Shown here: positions 44,313-56,340 of the stretch, piece after piece
Layout: the number at the start of each line of letters is the position of its first letter
How positions within the stretch are numbered: position 1 is the stretch's first letter
Assembly: GCF_006345805.1 (NCBI RefSeq)
Contig: NC_043013.1
Coordinates: 53,630,001-53,694,000, forward strand
Source of the DNA: Octopus sinensis
Lineage: Eukaryota
DNA: 64,000 nt
Reading direction: 5' to 3'
Program-made: the position numbers and the translations under genes
Notes under the pieces: generated by a model
Told to the model about the DNA's origin: nothing
Database searches by the model: none
The model's input: the letters and a program-made list of their open reading frames with translations, nothing else

Positions 44313-44320
<8 letters not shown>
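43617..44320 (+). mobile_element. Hammerhead-bearing pLTR or retrozyme-like element: inverted arm, 482-bp unit, 75-bp terminal direct repeat
   Basis: Palindrome 43617-43763/43779-43928; direct repeat 43764-43838 = 44246-44320; (TA)n on both sides. Confidence 0.85.
44121..44178 (+). ncRNA. Type I hammerhead ribozyme motif (U3 variant)
   Basis: ttcaa-TTGATGA-[cggtaaagcttatctaaagcagaacca]-GAAA-TCCTTGGA-TC-ttgaa. Stem III ATCC/GGAT, AUC triplet, predicted cut after 44173. Confidence 0.8.
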
Positions 44321-44351
<31 letters not shown>

Positions 44352-44452
44352 TACGCGTATGTGTATGTGTGAGTCTTTGCGCCTTTGGTTGTCCCCAACA
44401 CTGTTTGTCGCTAACCCAATTCCAGCCTTTTTACTCTAATTATAACCTCTAA

Positions 44453-44489
<37 letters not shown>

Positions 44490-44796
44490 ATCAAATTATA
44501 AGATCTAAGTATCGAAGGGTAGGAAGTTTGTAGGATTCGAGCAGTCTGTGGTAGGTATAAAAAAAATTTTCAGGAACAATAATAATCCAATGGCCTCGAA
44601 GGTTGTAGGCTTTTCCCATATAAAATTTCGAAAATCTTCCAGTGTTTCCCAGGCAACATAGTAGTAGTATAGTGCCCTGTTGTCTCTCTCTACTAGACGA
44701 AGTTCAGTAAGTAAAAAAAACATTTCTCATACATACACACATGATTTGAGAGCGAATACAAACCCGAATTGAGGGAGTAGAACTGGTAAAATCCAG

Positions 44797-44873
44797 GCTA
44801 TATATGTTTCCTGGCTCGCAGATCCTATGATGTATTAATTACTCAACGAGGGGTACTTATCTGTTCATCAGGC
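44797..44873 (-). ncRNA. Hammerhead ribozyme motif, partly decayed
   Basis: gc-CTGATGA-[acagat..atctgcgagccag]-GAAAC-ATAT-ATA-gc. Confidence 0.55.
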
Positions 44874-45033
44874 AGAAGAAACATTAATTATATGAAAGTT
44901 ACATTGTCGTTAAGGAATCACAGAGAACTCCACGTTGAGTAATTTTTACTTCTGAGGATCTGCTGTATGAATATATATATATATATATGTGTGTGTTTGT
45001 GTGTGTGCGTATATATGTGTGCGTGTGTGTAGG

Positions 45034-45071
<38 letters not shown>

Positions 45072-45126
45072 TATAAAGGAAAGAATGAAAGGAAGAGGGA
45101 CTACGATTCGACACCTGTTTAATGAA

Positions 45127-45234
45127 CACTACACGTGTTTCGATATAACATTCATCCACATATATACAGGATTTAAATTTAAATTAAATTACGGTTTACC
45201 TGTGTAATAGGACCTAGTTGTATCTCCTCAGGTG
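45127..45234 (-). ncRNA. Type I hammerhead ribozyme motif, canonical core
   Basis: cac-CTGAGGA-gata[long hairpin]tatc-GAAAC-ACGT-GTA-gtg. Confidence 0.85.
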
Positions 45235-45418
45235 ATATATAATCGCAGCCTCCGTAAGTAAATGTTTTGATTTTAGTGCTATCATTTATTCTTCGCACTC
45301 GAAGAATGCCTAAGCCTAGAATTGGTACTATGCCATAACACTCCGGTCATCTGGTAATTCTAAGTGTGTACGAGTTCTATTTTGTACACTAATACGTTCT
45401 TAACGAAATACACCTCAA

Positions 45419-45484
<66 letters not shown>

Positions 45485-45572
45485 ATATATGTATATATAT
45501 ATATATATATGTATATATATACATGTATATATATACTCTTTTACTCTTTTACTTGTTTCAGCCATCCGGCTG

Positions 45573-45606
<34 letters not shown>

Positions 45607-46119
45607 TATATTATATATATATATATATATATAATATATATATATATACATAATCTTCTTAAATATGTAACAGGTATTATTTAACTTAAGTCAACTCGGG
45701 TGAGTAAAAGTCATTGGAGGAAGTTGATATTTTCTTCTGAACAGTTGGCTTTCGATACTCTCGTCTTGGCTAGATTACTGAATATTGAACCGATATACAT
45801 TTGTGAAACAGCCATAAAAATTGTGTAATATATAATGTAATAATTCCCTACTTGGGTAAATACCCTTTAAATAGGAACTTGACCGTACATTGACTTGTAG
45901 GGATTTATGTAAGTTTCTTAGCTTGGATTAACCGTTATGCACTATCATTTGGAATAACAATTTTTCGATCTGTACACCCCACCAATATATATGTATGTGT
46001 GCTTATGTGTGTGTGCTCGTGCTTGTGTCGCATTCATATATATATATATATATATATAATATATTATATAGATATATATATATATATAGTATATATAATA
46101 TATATTATATATATATATA

Positions 46120-46865
46120 TGTAAAGAAAATACAAACTGGGACAAAAACGCAAAACATTTAGAAGACGATACAAAAAAAAAAGGACGGGACATTCGAAGC
46201 CTTCAATCTTCGGTCAAGAACCGGATCATCCTCGCAATTTCGGCTGATTAATCTTGAGATAGCTCCGATCTGGCCAGCCCCAAAGGAAAATCTAAGCCAA
46301 GCGCATTAGATTCCTTGGAAGAAAGCCTCGAATGTATACAAAACAAGGACGAAAAACGGACGATGTTACACGAATAAGAATACAAAAATACTTAAAAACA
46401 ATAATGATAAAAATGATAAAAAAGAACAGGACGTCACAGGCAGGCGTCTTTCGACAGGACGAGTAAACTTAGAGCTGGCGTGTTAGAAAAATTCCTTAGG
46501 GCAGAGAGAGAAGAAATGTTTCTTGCCGCGACGACTGCTAAGCACGAAAGGCCGGCAATCGGTCAGTTAGTCACGTGTGAGGAGAAGAGAGAAGAAAGGG
46601 GAACAAGGAACAAAGGAGGGGGAGAAGAGAGAGAAAGCCAGCGAGAAAGAGACAGATCAAAGTGGAGTGCAAAGGGTGAAAGGCAGAGAAATGTAGGAGA
46701 GTAGGGAGAGAGTCAGTGTTATAGAGTCGTACCAAGTTTAAAGAACTATGTACTTACATATAAGACCAAAAAGGGTACGGGCGCTGCTATATATATGTAT
46801 ATATATATATAGCCCGTACCCTTTTTGGTCTTATATGTAAATACGTACTTCTTTAAACTTGGTAC

Positions 46866-46869
<4 letters not shown>
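46120..46869 (-). mobile_element. (TA)n-embedded family B element with terminal fold-back inverted duplication
   Basis: Collinear with 53424-54290; inverted repeat 46725-46782/46812-46869 around (TA)n. Confidence 0.8.
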
Positions 46870-46900
<31 letters not shown>

Positions 46901-46901
<1 letters not shown>

Positions 46902-47308
46902 TCTTTACTCTTTTACTCTTTTACTTGTTTCAGTCATTTGACTGCGGCCATGCTGGAGCACCGCCTTTAATCGAGCAACTCGACCCCGAGACTTATTCTT
47001 TGTAAGCCCAGTACTTATTCTATCGGTCTCTTTTGCCGAACCGCTAAGTGACGGGGACATAAACACACCAGCATCGGTTGTCGAGCAATGCTAGGGGGAC
47101 AAACACAAAGATACACGCACACACACATATACATATACATATATACGACGGGCTTCTTTCTGTTTCCGTCTACCAAATCCACTCACAAGGCATTGGGCGG
47201 CCCGGGGCTATAGCAGAAGACACTTGCCCAAGATGCCACGCAGTGGGACTGAACCCGGAACCATGTGGTTGGTTAGCAAGCTACTTACCACACAGCCACT
47301 CCTGCGCC
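46901..47308 (-). mobile_element. Full-length SINE family 1 with (AAAAGAGT)n tail
   Basis: Minus strand GGCGCAGGAGTGGCTGTGTGGTAAG..GGTTCAGTCCC..GACTGAAACAAGTAAAAGAGTAAAAGAGT, inserted in (TA)n. Confidence 0.92.
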
Positions 47309-47369
47309 TATATGTATATATATATATATGTAAAAAAATTCAAACTGGGACAAGAACGCAACAAAGAGT

Positions 47370-47944
47370 AAAATTAATTAATTGAGAAGTAATCAGTAAT
47401 TTCACCAAGCAGAATTCGGCATGAAAAAGACCATTTCATGGTAAGCTTAAGTAATACTTTATAAATAGGGTTCAGCAATGATTTGCTTCACCACATACCG
47501 AATTTTAGAAATAGCAGTCAAAAAACTTTGCTATTCCTTCTACTTTAAAAGGGGCTCCCAGAAAATTCAAAGTAATTGAAAACAATCCACGCAGGTAAAA
47601 GGGAAAAATGACGAAAATCATTCTATATTAGGTTACACACGTACGCGCGTTTCGGAATTAGATCGGTATAAATCATAAATAATAAATAATTATACCTTAC
47701 CCGACCATTTTCGGCTCTTCAGCGTGGGATTCTTCAATTATAAATTATTAAATATTAAATTTGAAGGCACTGGAAAATATCTCTTCACCTAACGGTATGA
47801 GAGAGATCATATTCCGTGCTAATGCCGCCAAATTCAATTCTGGTAGCCCCTTTTAAAGTAGAAGGAATAGCTAAGATTTTTTGACTGCTAATTCTAAACT
47901 TCGGTATGTGGTGAAGCAAATCGTTGCTGAACCCTATTTATAAA

Positions 47945-47946
<2 letters not shown>
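47370..47946 (-). mobile_element. Hammerhead-bearing element with inverted repeats of about 108 bp
   Basis: 47456-47563 is the reverse complement of 47838-47946 with scattered mismatches; ends at (TA)n. Confidence 0.8.
47638..47726 (-). ncRNA. Type I hammerhead ribozyme motif, canonical core
   Basis: cacg-CTGAAGA-[gc..ggtataa..ttatacc..ttcc]-GAAAC-GCGC-GTA-cgtg. Confidence 0.85.
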
Positions 47947-47997
<51 letters not shown>

Positions 47998-48002
<5 letters not shown>

Positions 48003-48195
48003 GGATAGTTTATGAAAAAAAAAACGAAGACAGGTGGTGTACAAAACAAACAGATGCATTAGTATAATGTTCAGGAATAGAAAAGTCGTTTACGTTTCGA
48101 GCCTACGGTCTTCTACAGAAAGGGACACAGAAAGAAACAAGGAGAGAAACAAGGAGAGAAAAATGTGTGTAGTGGCTAACGATCTATCATGGCGT
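47998..48195 (-). mobile_element. Family A (TA)n-embedded repeat
   Basis: acgtttcgagcctacggtcttctacagaaagg..aaacaaggagagaaacaaggagag; homologous to 2583-2766. Confidence 0.8.
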
Positions 48196-48799
48196 GTATA
48201 TATATATATATATACACGCACGCACAAACAAATATATATGAATGCGTGTATGTGTACGTCCATGTAACTACACACAGACACACAGACACGCACAAACACA
48301 CTCACACACACAAAAATACACACACATTTTTAGGCACACAGACACACTCTAGTGCATCTTTCAACCTTTAATGATCTTCCTTATGTTAAAGTGGTTCCGT
48401 TTGCCTTTCTAAACATAGCTGTTTAATTTGGTAGGTTTTCTGTTATCTGTCTCGTTGTTTTGCCTCTGTTTCCTTCATGTTATTACATACGTATATGTAA
48501 TTGTACGCATATATATATATATATAGATGTGTGTGTGTGTGTGTATACATATACATACATATACACATATATATATAAACTTATGCTCGCATGTACACAG
48601 ACACGCGCGCACGCACACACACACACACGCACGCACGCACGCACACACTCACACGCACACATATAAGTATTACGATCAAATGTATTTATTGCAGATGATT
48701 CCTTTTTTTGTCAATTGCTTATTCAGCACTCACTCGATGTCCTTTCACGCACACACGCACGCGCGCGCGCACACACAAAACCACACATACATTGTCTCT

Positions 48800-48830
<31 letters not shown>

Positions 48831-49589
48831 GCATGCGCATGTACCTACACATTAAATGGAGATAATTTCTCCTTATCGCATTTTACCGCCCTCATTCATT
48901 CACAATCATGTTTGATATCAGCCGCTTTCTCTTTTACTTATTTATTTATTTGTTTATCGTTATAACCTTTTATTTGTTTCCGTCTTTGTTTGTATGCTTT
49001 TCTTTCGTATTTTTGTTCACTTGGGCTTAAACTTCTCTGAATTGTCAATTTACGTTTGGAAATCTTGCGGCCCATTACTAATTTTACGCTTCTAACTTCG
49101 ATTACCAAATGCCATAAAATAAACAGAATTTAGCATTCTTCGCTGTCAGGAATCCCCTGGCCTAGTTTTAGCTTTCTGTTTTTAGATCCTGTTGCTTTTA
49201 TTCTTTATGTCATTGCTAATTGTCTAATATGAAAGAACACAAACGCCATATTAAGTTAAAACTTCCCTCAGATGTTAAATTCAAATTCAAATTTATTTAT
49301 GAACTGTAAATCCCTTTGAGCGGAAAGAAGACATGATATGAAAGTATTCGCTTAACATTCTTATATGGTATTTATTAGAGCCGCCATATTGATTTGATTT
49401 TACTCAAATAAGCGCGACCTGGAGTACAAAAACTCAGTAATGCTTTGGATGTTTTATTATCATAATGGGCGCCATGATTTGTAGAAAGTCGGATGACATT
49501 CCATATAATACTATCGTTTTATATCTTTGCACAAGAGATACTGCTTTCCATTCCAGCTCTCACAAAAACATTCACTTTCCTTCTTCCTT

Positions 49590-49666
<77 letters not shown>

Positions 49667-49691
49667 TTATCTATCTATCTATATATATATA

Positions 49692-49738
<47 letters not shown>

Positions 49739-49757
49739 ATATCTATCTATCTATCTA

Positions 49758-49788
<31 letters not shown>

Positions 49789-49847
49789 GTCTATATATCT
49801 ATCTATCTATCTATCTATCTATATATCTATCTATCTCTATCTCTATC

Positions 49848-49906
<59 letters not shown>

Positions 49907-49915
49907 GTCAGTCTG

Positions 49916-49948
<33 letters not shown>

Positions 49949-49985
49949 ATCTATCTATCTGTCTATATATCAATCTATCTATCTA
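49590..49985. repeat. (TCTA)n microsatellite; another at 51704-51806
   Basis: Visible tetranucleotide array giving the LSIY ORFs. Confidence 0.95.
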
Positions 49986-50236
49986 TGTCTCCCTTGTCAG
50001 CTTATTAAGATAATGGCTAATGAGTCGTTTTGACTCTCATTTCTAGCAAAGCAGGTACCACTTTGTAACCTCTGTCTCTTTAGGGGCGTCTATAAATTTG
50101 CGTTTCGGTTGTTAAATTGTTAATCAGCCATCCATTTTTTGTTTTCATTTTCAAATATTGAATATGTATCAAACCACCAAACCAGTAAAAAATTGGATGT
50201 TTCCATCCCTACAGAGGAGACTGCTTTCCTTGCATT

Positions 50237-50285
<49 letters not shown>

Positions 50286-50821
50286 ATATATACGCACACG
50301 TTTATCTCTATTTATAAGTAGAATTCATTCAACGTTTGACATGTACCTCTAACACATAATGTTATATACATATATTTTCACGCAGACGTTCAGACAAACG
50401 CAGACACAGACAAACAAGCAGAAGTACATACACACTCACACACACACACACACAAGCAGCAATGCACACACACACACACACACAAGGGGAAATGGAAGAA
50501 ACAAAATATTTATTCTTCCACATCAGTGGTGAGTGTATGGTTATATACGTACAGATGTCTGTGCAGCACGTTTTGTGCTGGGAATTTATTGAACATCTTT
50601 TGCTGAATGCCAAACTGGTCACCAACGATGTAACACGATCTTTTTCTGCGTCCAGATAGTTTCATTGCGTTTTTAATATGCGAATGTGTGAGTAAGGATA
50701 TGAATGGAAGTATATGTGGTGGTGTACTTACAGTCAGGCAACGTGTCTCTCGGTAAAGTTGTGTGTATGATTAGTTTTTACAGACATATTTGCAATGTTC
50801 ACATATGTGTTGGCATTTTTT

Positions 50822-51060
50822 ACTGTTTATCTTTTACTTGTTTCAGTCAGTTGACTGCGGCCTTGCTGGGGCACCTCTCTGAGGAATTTATACTCAAAGT
50901 GACCCCAGTACGTATATTTTTGTATTAAGTTTGATACTTATTCTATCGATAACTTTTGCTGAAATGCTAAGTTATGGGGACATAAACCCTAACACAGGTT
51001 GTCAAGCGCTGGAACCCGGAACCATGTGATTGCGAAGCAAACTTCTCACACAGCCACGCC
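50822..51060 (-). mobile_element. Diverged, internally deleted SINE family 1
   Basis: Tail ttttacttgtttcagtca joined through ggttgtcaagcg to head gaacccggaaccatgtg..cacacagccacgcc. Confidence 0.8.
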
Positions 51061-51703
51061 ATGCTCTGTTTAGGAAATTCAAACGGAATGTCTGTACAAG
51101 GTTTTCACACAAATCATTGTATCCGATTGAGTTTGGAAGAAGCGAGTCAGTTGGCTTTGTCCCTTTCGGAGAAATATCAGAATTTCAAAGCTGTAAGACG
51201 AATATATTGTTACATGGGTCAGCGTACCTATGAAGATAGAAATAGGAGGAATAAGAAAATACTGCCTTGATGCAAGACATATGACTTCTGCTTTTGCGGT
51301 TTTCTCTTCCCGCAAACGCAGACGGTTATTTCACATCCGTTGATACGAAGGCGCAGAATTTTTGTTCCTTCCCTCATAGAAGAACTTTACATTTGTTGTA
51401 TTTGTGTCGGATCGCTGTTTTTTATTAAAATCTTCCACTAGCATTCCTTCCTTATTTTAAAAAATTTGCACACATCTTACTTCTGCGATATTCGTCTGAT
51501 GTGTACGTCACTGGGGGAGTACGTCAGATCAGTTCGAAGCAGCATAACCAGCGACCCACTGGCGTTCGAAGCGAATTCCTTTGTTCATCAGTCACCTTGA
51601 GAATTGTTTCGGTAGCCAAATATTATAGGTGGTACTCTTGTATGCTTATATATAGATTATCTATATTATATAGATGGTTGTTTTAATCTGCTGCTATTTC
51701 AAT

Positions 51704-51807
<104 letters not shown>

Positions 51808-53316
51808 CCTGTCTGTCTGTCTACCAGTCTGCCTGTCTGTCTATTTATAAACATGAAAAATGATGAGAAAACGTTGAAAATGCGTTTAAATCTTTTTTCT
51901 CATATATATTTGTGTTTGAATAAAACAAGTTTTATTTTTCAAAATAGGAGTTAAATATTTCTATTACATATATATATATATTTATATATGAAAGGTAAAA
52001 TACAAAAATGTCTTCACATAATAAATGTTTCTATATAACAGTTTTACTTTCAAAACACTAACTCATGTTTCCAGAAGGTGATTTTTGCACACACATACAC
52101 ACAGAATAAAAGAGAAAAAAACACATTTTACTAAAATATTTCCTAATAGAAAAAGTTTACGAATAATAATTTTCTCTATAAAAAACAGTTTTACTGAATA
52201 AATTTTAGTGCAAGTTGTTGTCAAAAGAGGTTTTGCAGTGGAAGAAAAATCACATTTGACTAACTGGTTTCGCTGTCGAAATAGATTGCGCCATGCATTT
52301 TAGTTCAAAAAACTCTAAGTTATGCACATTTTCGAACCTTTCTAGTTATTTTTCTTACACACATCCACATACACATCCATATACACACACACACACACAC
52401 ACCCGCCCGTCCTCCATATTATGCCATCTATTCACTTTTTCAAGTTTCCATCTCCGTCTCCCTATTTCTCTTCTTTCATCTATGCCACCCATGCCACCTC
52501 TCTCTCTCTCTGTCCCTATCTCTTTCTTCCTCACTCTCTCTGTCCTATCACCAGTTTTCCTTAATTCCTCAATCCTCCACTCTTCCTCCTCCCAAACTAT
52601 TTCTCTATCTTCACTCGCCTCATACTATTTCCAGTGTATCTCTCCTCCCACCCATCTCTGTGAGTCTCTCCCAACTTCCATCCTTGTAGCCACTGCACAC
52701 AGGCTTTCTCATGTCAACGCATATATTCACGTTTACATGTATTGTTATCCATCACATTTAAAGCAACTAATTGTGTCTATTGATTATATAATTACCTTAA
52801 TGCTGTTTTTAATATATCCATTGAAATAACTTTAGAGAACATTGAAATTATTAAAAAGCAATGAATTTGTTGTTTGCTTTTCATGCTATACTGTGTATAT
52901 GCATATACGTGCGTGCTTGTGCATGTATACACACACATTCTCTCACACACACACGCCCACAGATACACACACACGCCCACAGATACACACACACACACGC
53001 TAACACACACACACACACACTCATACACAATATATGTAACGGTAATACGTACAGGTATCTCCACCAAAATGCAGCACCGAGATTACCTGGTCACGTGATT
53101 TCGACAGTCCTGGGTCTCATCGCTGATGACCGCTCGACTGCTAGAGATGGCAACGAGTCACCTCCCGCCGTTGCTAAATAAAAAATCAGCACCTTACTAG
53201 GTACTGGTGTCGTGATTAGCAAGTGAACTTATTAAAAAATGTATACATATATACTATATATACATACATGTATATACATATGTACACATACACACACACA
53301 CACATATATATATATA

Positions 53317-55373
53317 CTAGCATTAAAGACCCGTCGTTGCCGGATCATAGTGCTAGTGCATGTATATATGTGTATATATATGTGTACATATTACATGTAC
53401 ATCTATATATATATATTATGATATGTAGAAAATTACAAACTGAGACAAGAACGCATAAGAACTTAGAAGACGATACAACAAACACAGACAGGACATTCGA
53501 AGCCCTCAGTCTTCAGTCAAGAACCGGATCATCGTAGTAATTTCGGCTGATTAATCTTGAGATTACTAGAACCGGCCAGCCCTCCAGGAGAAACTAAGCA
53601 ACGAGCATTAGAAAAACTAAGCTAGGAGCGTAGATTTCCTGGAAGAAGGATCGAATGCATACGAACACAAAGACAGCAAAAAGGACGGTGCCACACGAAT
53701 ATAAAAAACAAAAAACAATAATGAAATACAAAAACGTGAAATACAAAAGCAATAACGGTAAAAACAGCAAGTGTCTTACGACTAATAACAGTGCCAACAG
53801 GTCTGGCTGGCGTATTTTGGAAAAATTGCCTTAGCGGCGAACGAGGAACGATGTTATCACGGCGCTGGTCAGAGGCCGAAAGGCAGATTTTGGCCAGCAG
53901 TCACGTGACAGAGAAGAGAGCAAAGAAGGAAGAGAGAGAGAAGAGGGACGAAAGCAACAAGGGGGGAGAATAGAGAGAAAGAAGGAATTAGAGAGGGTAG
54001 AAGGGATGGGTGTCAAAGATTGACCTGTGAGTGCAAAGGAAGACAAAGAAATGGAAGGGTAGGGGAAGAGTAGACCAAAGAATCAGAGGCAAGAGAAGAG
54101 AAAAAGAGGGATGAGTAGAAAGAAAAGAGAGAGAAGGGGACAGATCAACGTAGAATGCGAAGTAAATGTAAGAGAGAGAGAAGGGGACAGATCAACGTAG
54201 AATGCGAAGTAAATGTAAGAGAGAGAGAGAGACAAACAAACAGAGTGTAGAGTCGTACCAAATTTACAAGAATATGTGCTCACATAAGTGTTAAGGAGGG
54301 AACGTGACGCCAGGAATATATATTATGATATGTAGAAAATTACAAACTGAGACAAGAACGCATAAGAACTTAGAAGACGATACAACAAACACAGACAGGA
54401 CATTCGAAGCCCTCAGTCTTCAGTCAAGAACCGGATCACATCTACACATAAAATACAAAATACAAAGTTATATCTTGATATCGCTAGTGATAACAACACT
54501 CAAAATATATAACAGACTGCAATTGTTAGCCCGTCTCTTGTAATTTCGATCAATTGTATCTTGTCCTCCCTCTTGTATAGAAGTGGGGCTACAATCCAGC
54601 CTACCTCTACTTCTGGGGGGAGGGGGCATTTAAATTTTTTTTCCGGGACGTCCTACGTCGCAGATATAAAGGTAAAGATAAAATATTTCCACTTTGCAAG
54701 TTCGAGTCGAGTACTCCCTTGCACGCTCCGTTGACTCGAACCTTGCTTCTATTGTGGAGAATTTACCGCCTCTGATTAGATACCTCTCATACTCGCACCA
54801 AGACACTTTTCGAAGGTGCTTTCCTCCATGTGTTCAAATCTTTTTTCCCTACATTGTATACTTTATAGACAATAGTCTTTTCTTTAATTTAATTTTTTAT
54901 TATCCATCTAGTCTATTCCATTTCTGCACGCTAATTTTATTTTTAATTTATTCCCATTCATGTGAAACCACTTATTCAAGTTCAAATCATTGATGCAATT
55001 TTATACCAATTGCTATTTTTACTTTTGTCGTGTTACTTTAGTTTGATTTTAATCATTACTTACTACATATAATTCAATTGTTATTATTATTTTTATTGTT
55101 AAAGTGAAAGTGTCTGACATAAAATAGAGAAACGTTTTTGTTTCACTTTTAACACGTAATACTGAAATAGTGGAGAAGATATGATATGATATTGCTATGG
55201 GCTCGCTCTAGGCAAGAAGTTGAACATTTTTTTGCCATGAAACTGCATGGAACCTAAGTAAGGCATGTGTAAAATTTGAATGGAATTGGTTGTGTAGTTC
55301 TCAAGTTTTAGGTAAACACACAGACAGACAGACACGCACAAACACATTCTCAGTTTTATATATATAAAGAAGA
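53317..55373 (-). mobile_element. Non-autonomous Helitron with a nested family B insertion
   Basis: Minus strand starts A|TCTTCTTTATATATATAAAACTGAG at 55373 and ends with hairpin TCCGGCAACGACGGG then CTAG|T at 53317. Confidence 0.75.
53409..54438 (-). mobile_element. Family B element: 907-bp unit plus 123-bp terminal direct repeat
   Basis: 53409-53531 = 54316-54438; internal 47-bp tandem duplication at about 54134-54227. Confidence 0.85.
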
Positions 55374-55929
55374 TATACATACATATATATGTATATATAT
55401 GCATACATTTATATATACATATATATAATATTCATAAATACGTACATATATACATACATTCATGTATGTATATATGTATGTATGTACATTTTCTATGAAC
55501 AGAAATTTTGTTTGGTGCCTAGCTGTCAACAGGAAACAGGGCAATATCTTTCGAGACTCTGGTTTCATCTATTTGTATAAAATTTCAAAACTGACTTTGA
55601 ACTGTTTTATTATACATGTTCTATTCATAACTTTTCATATTGAATATTTTGCCCTTGGCCGGAAGAAACATGAGTTTTCGAGAATATTTTCTTGAACACT
55701 TCCTATTCCTGAAAATGGTGACGCTCTGAAACTATGAATACTGTTTGTAACTATTCGTCTTATGTAATAGAATTTTGTAACTGAAATTTACTGGGAAATA
55801 TTCTGCCACAATAGGATCGGGTGGTTGGTACCGGGGATGATTTCTTTTAGTTCGTATAGACGAAGGGAGAGAAGAACAAGAATTACATTGAAGGCCAGAG
55901 CGCTTAGTTTGTGTCAAGTATTTCTGAAA

Positions 55930-56340
55930 TGAATGCAAAATAATAAATCAAATTTTTGACAATCTATTGGATCCAACAAACTTCAGAGATCGAGGAGTGT
56001 TATCCAATAACAACTTGGTTGTTGATTCCAGAAATGAGGAAATGTTCAATGCATTTGAAGGAGAAACATTCTGTTACGAAAGCAGTGATTGCTGCTGCGA
56101 TGATGAATATCTAAACAGCTGTCACATTAGTGGAAAGCCCCGCAACCTTGTTGTGTGTAATGCTATTGCGATATTTAAATAAGGCTAATGGAGTTCGCAA
56201 TGGAACAAGGATTCCAATAAAGCAGTTACATGAACACATGATTGAAGGCCACATGGTAACAAAATGGAAAACATGACATGGTCATGCCAAGAATTAAATT
56301 GAGGTCTGACACCCGTTTGCCATTCAAATTGAGTCGGTTC
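55930..56340 (+). pseudogene. Helitron RepHel PIF1-type helicase relic
   Basis: With frameshifts it reads IFDNLLDPTNFRDRGVLSNNNLVVDSRNEEM..EGETFCYESSD..EYLNSCHISGKP..VMLLRYLNKANGVRNGTRI..MPRIKL..LPFKLSR, matching the PIF1 pattern EFLNS..SGLPP..VMLLRNL..GLCNGTRL..IPRI..LPF. Confidence 0.85.

Noticed and set aside
45773-45822. CTGAATA..GAAAC-AGCC-ATA in a (TA)n-flanked island
   Set aside because: G8 is lost and the stems are weak; possible relic only.
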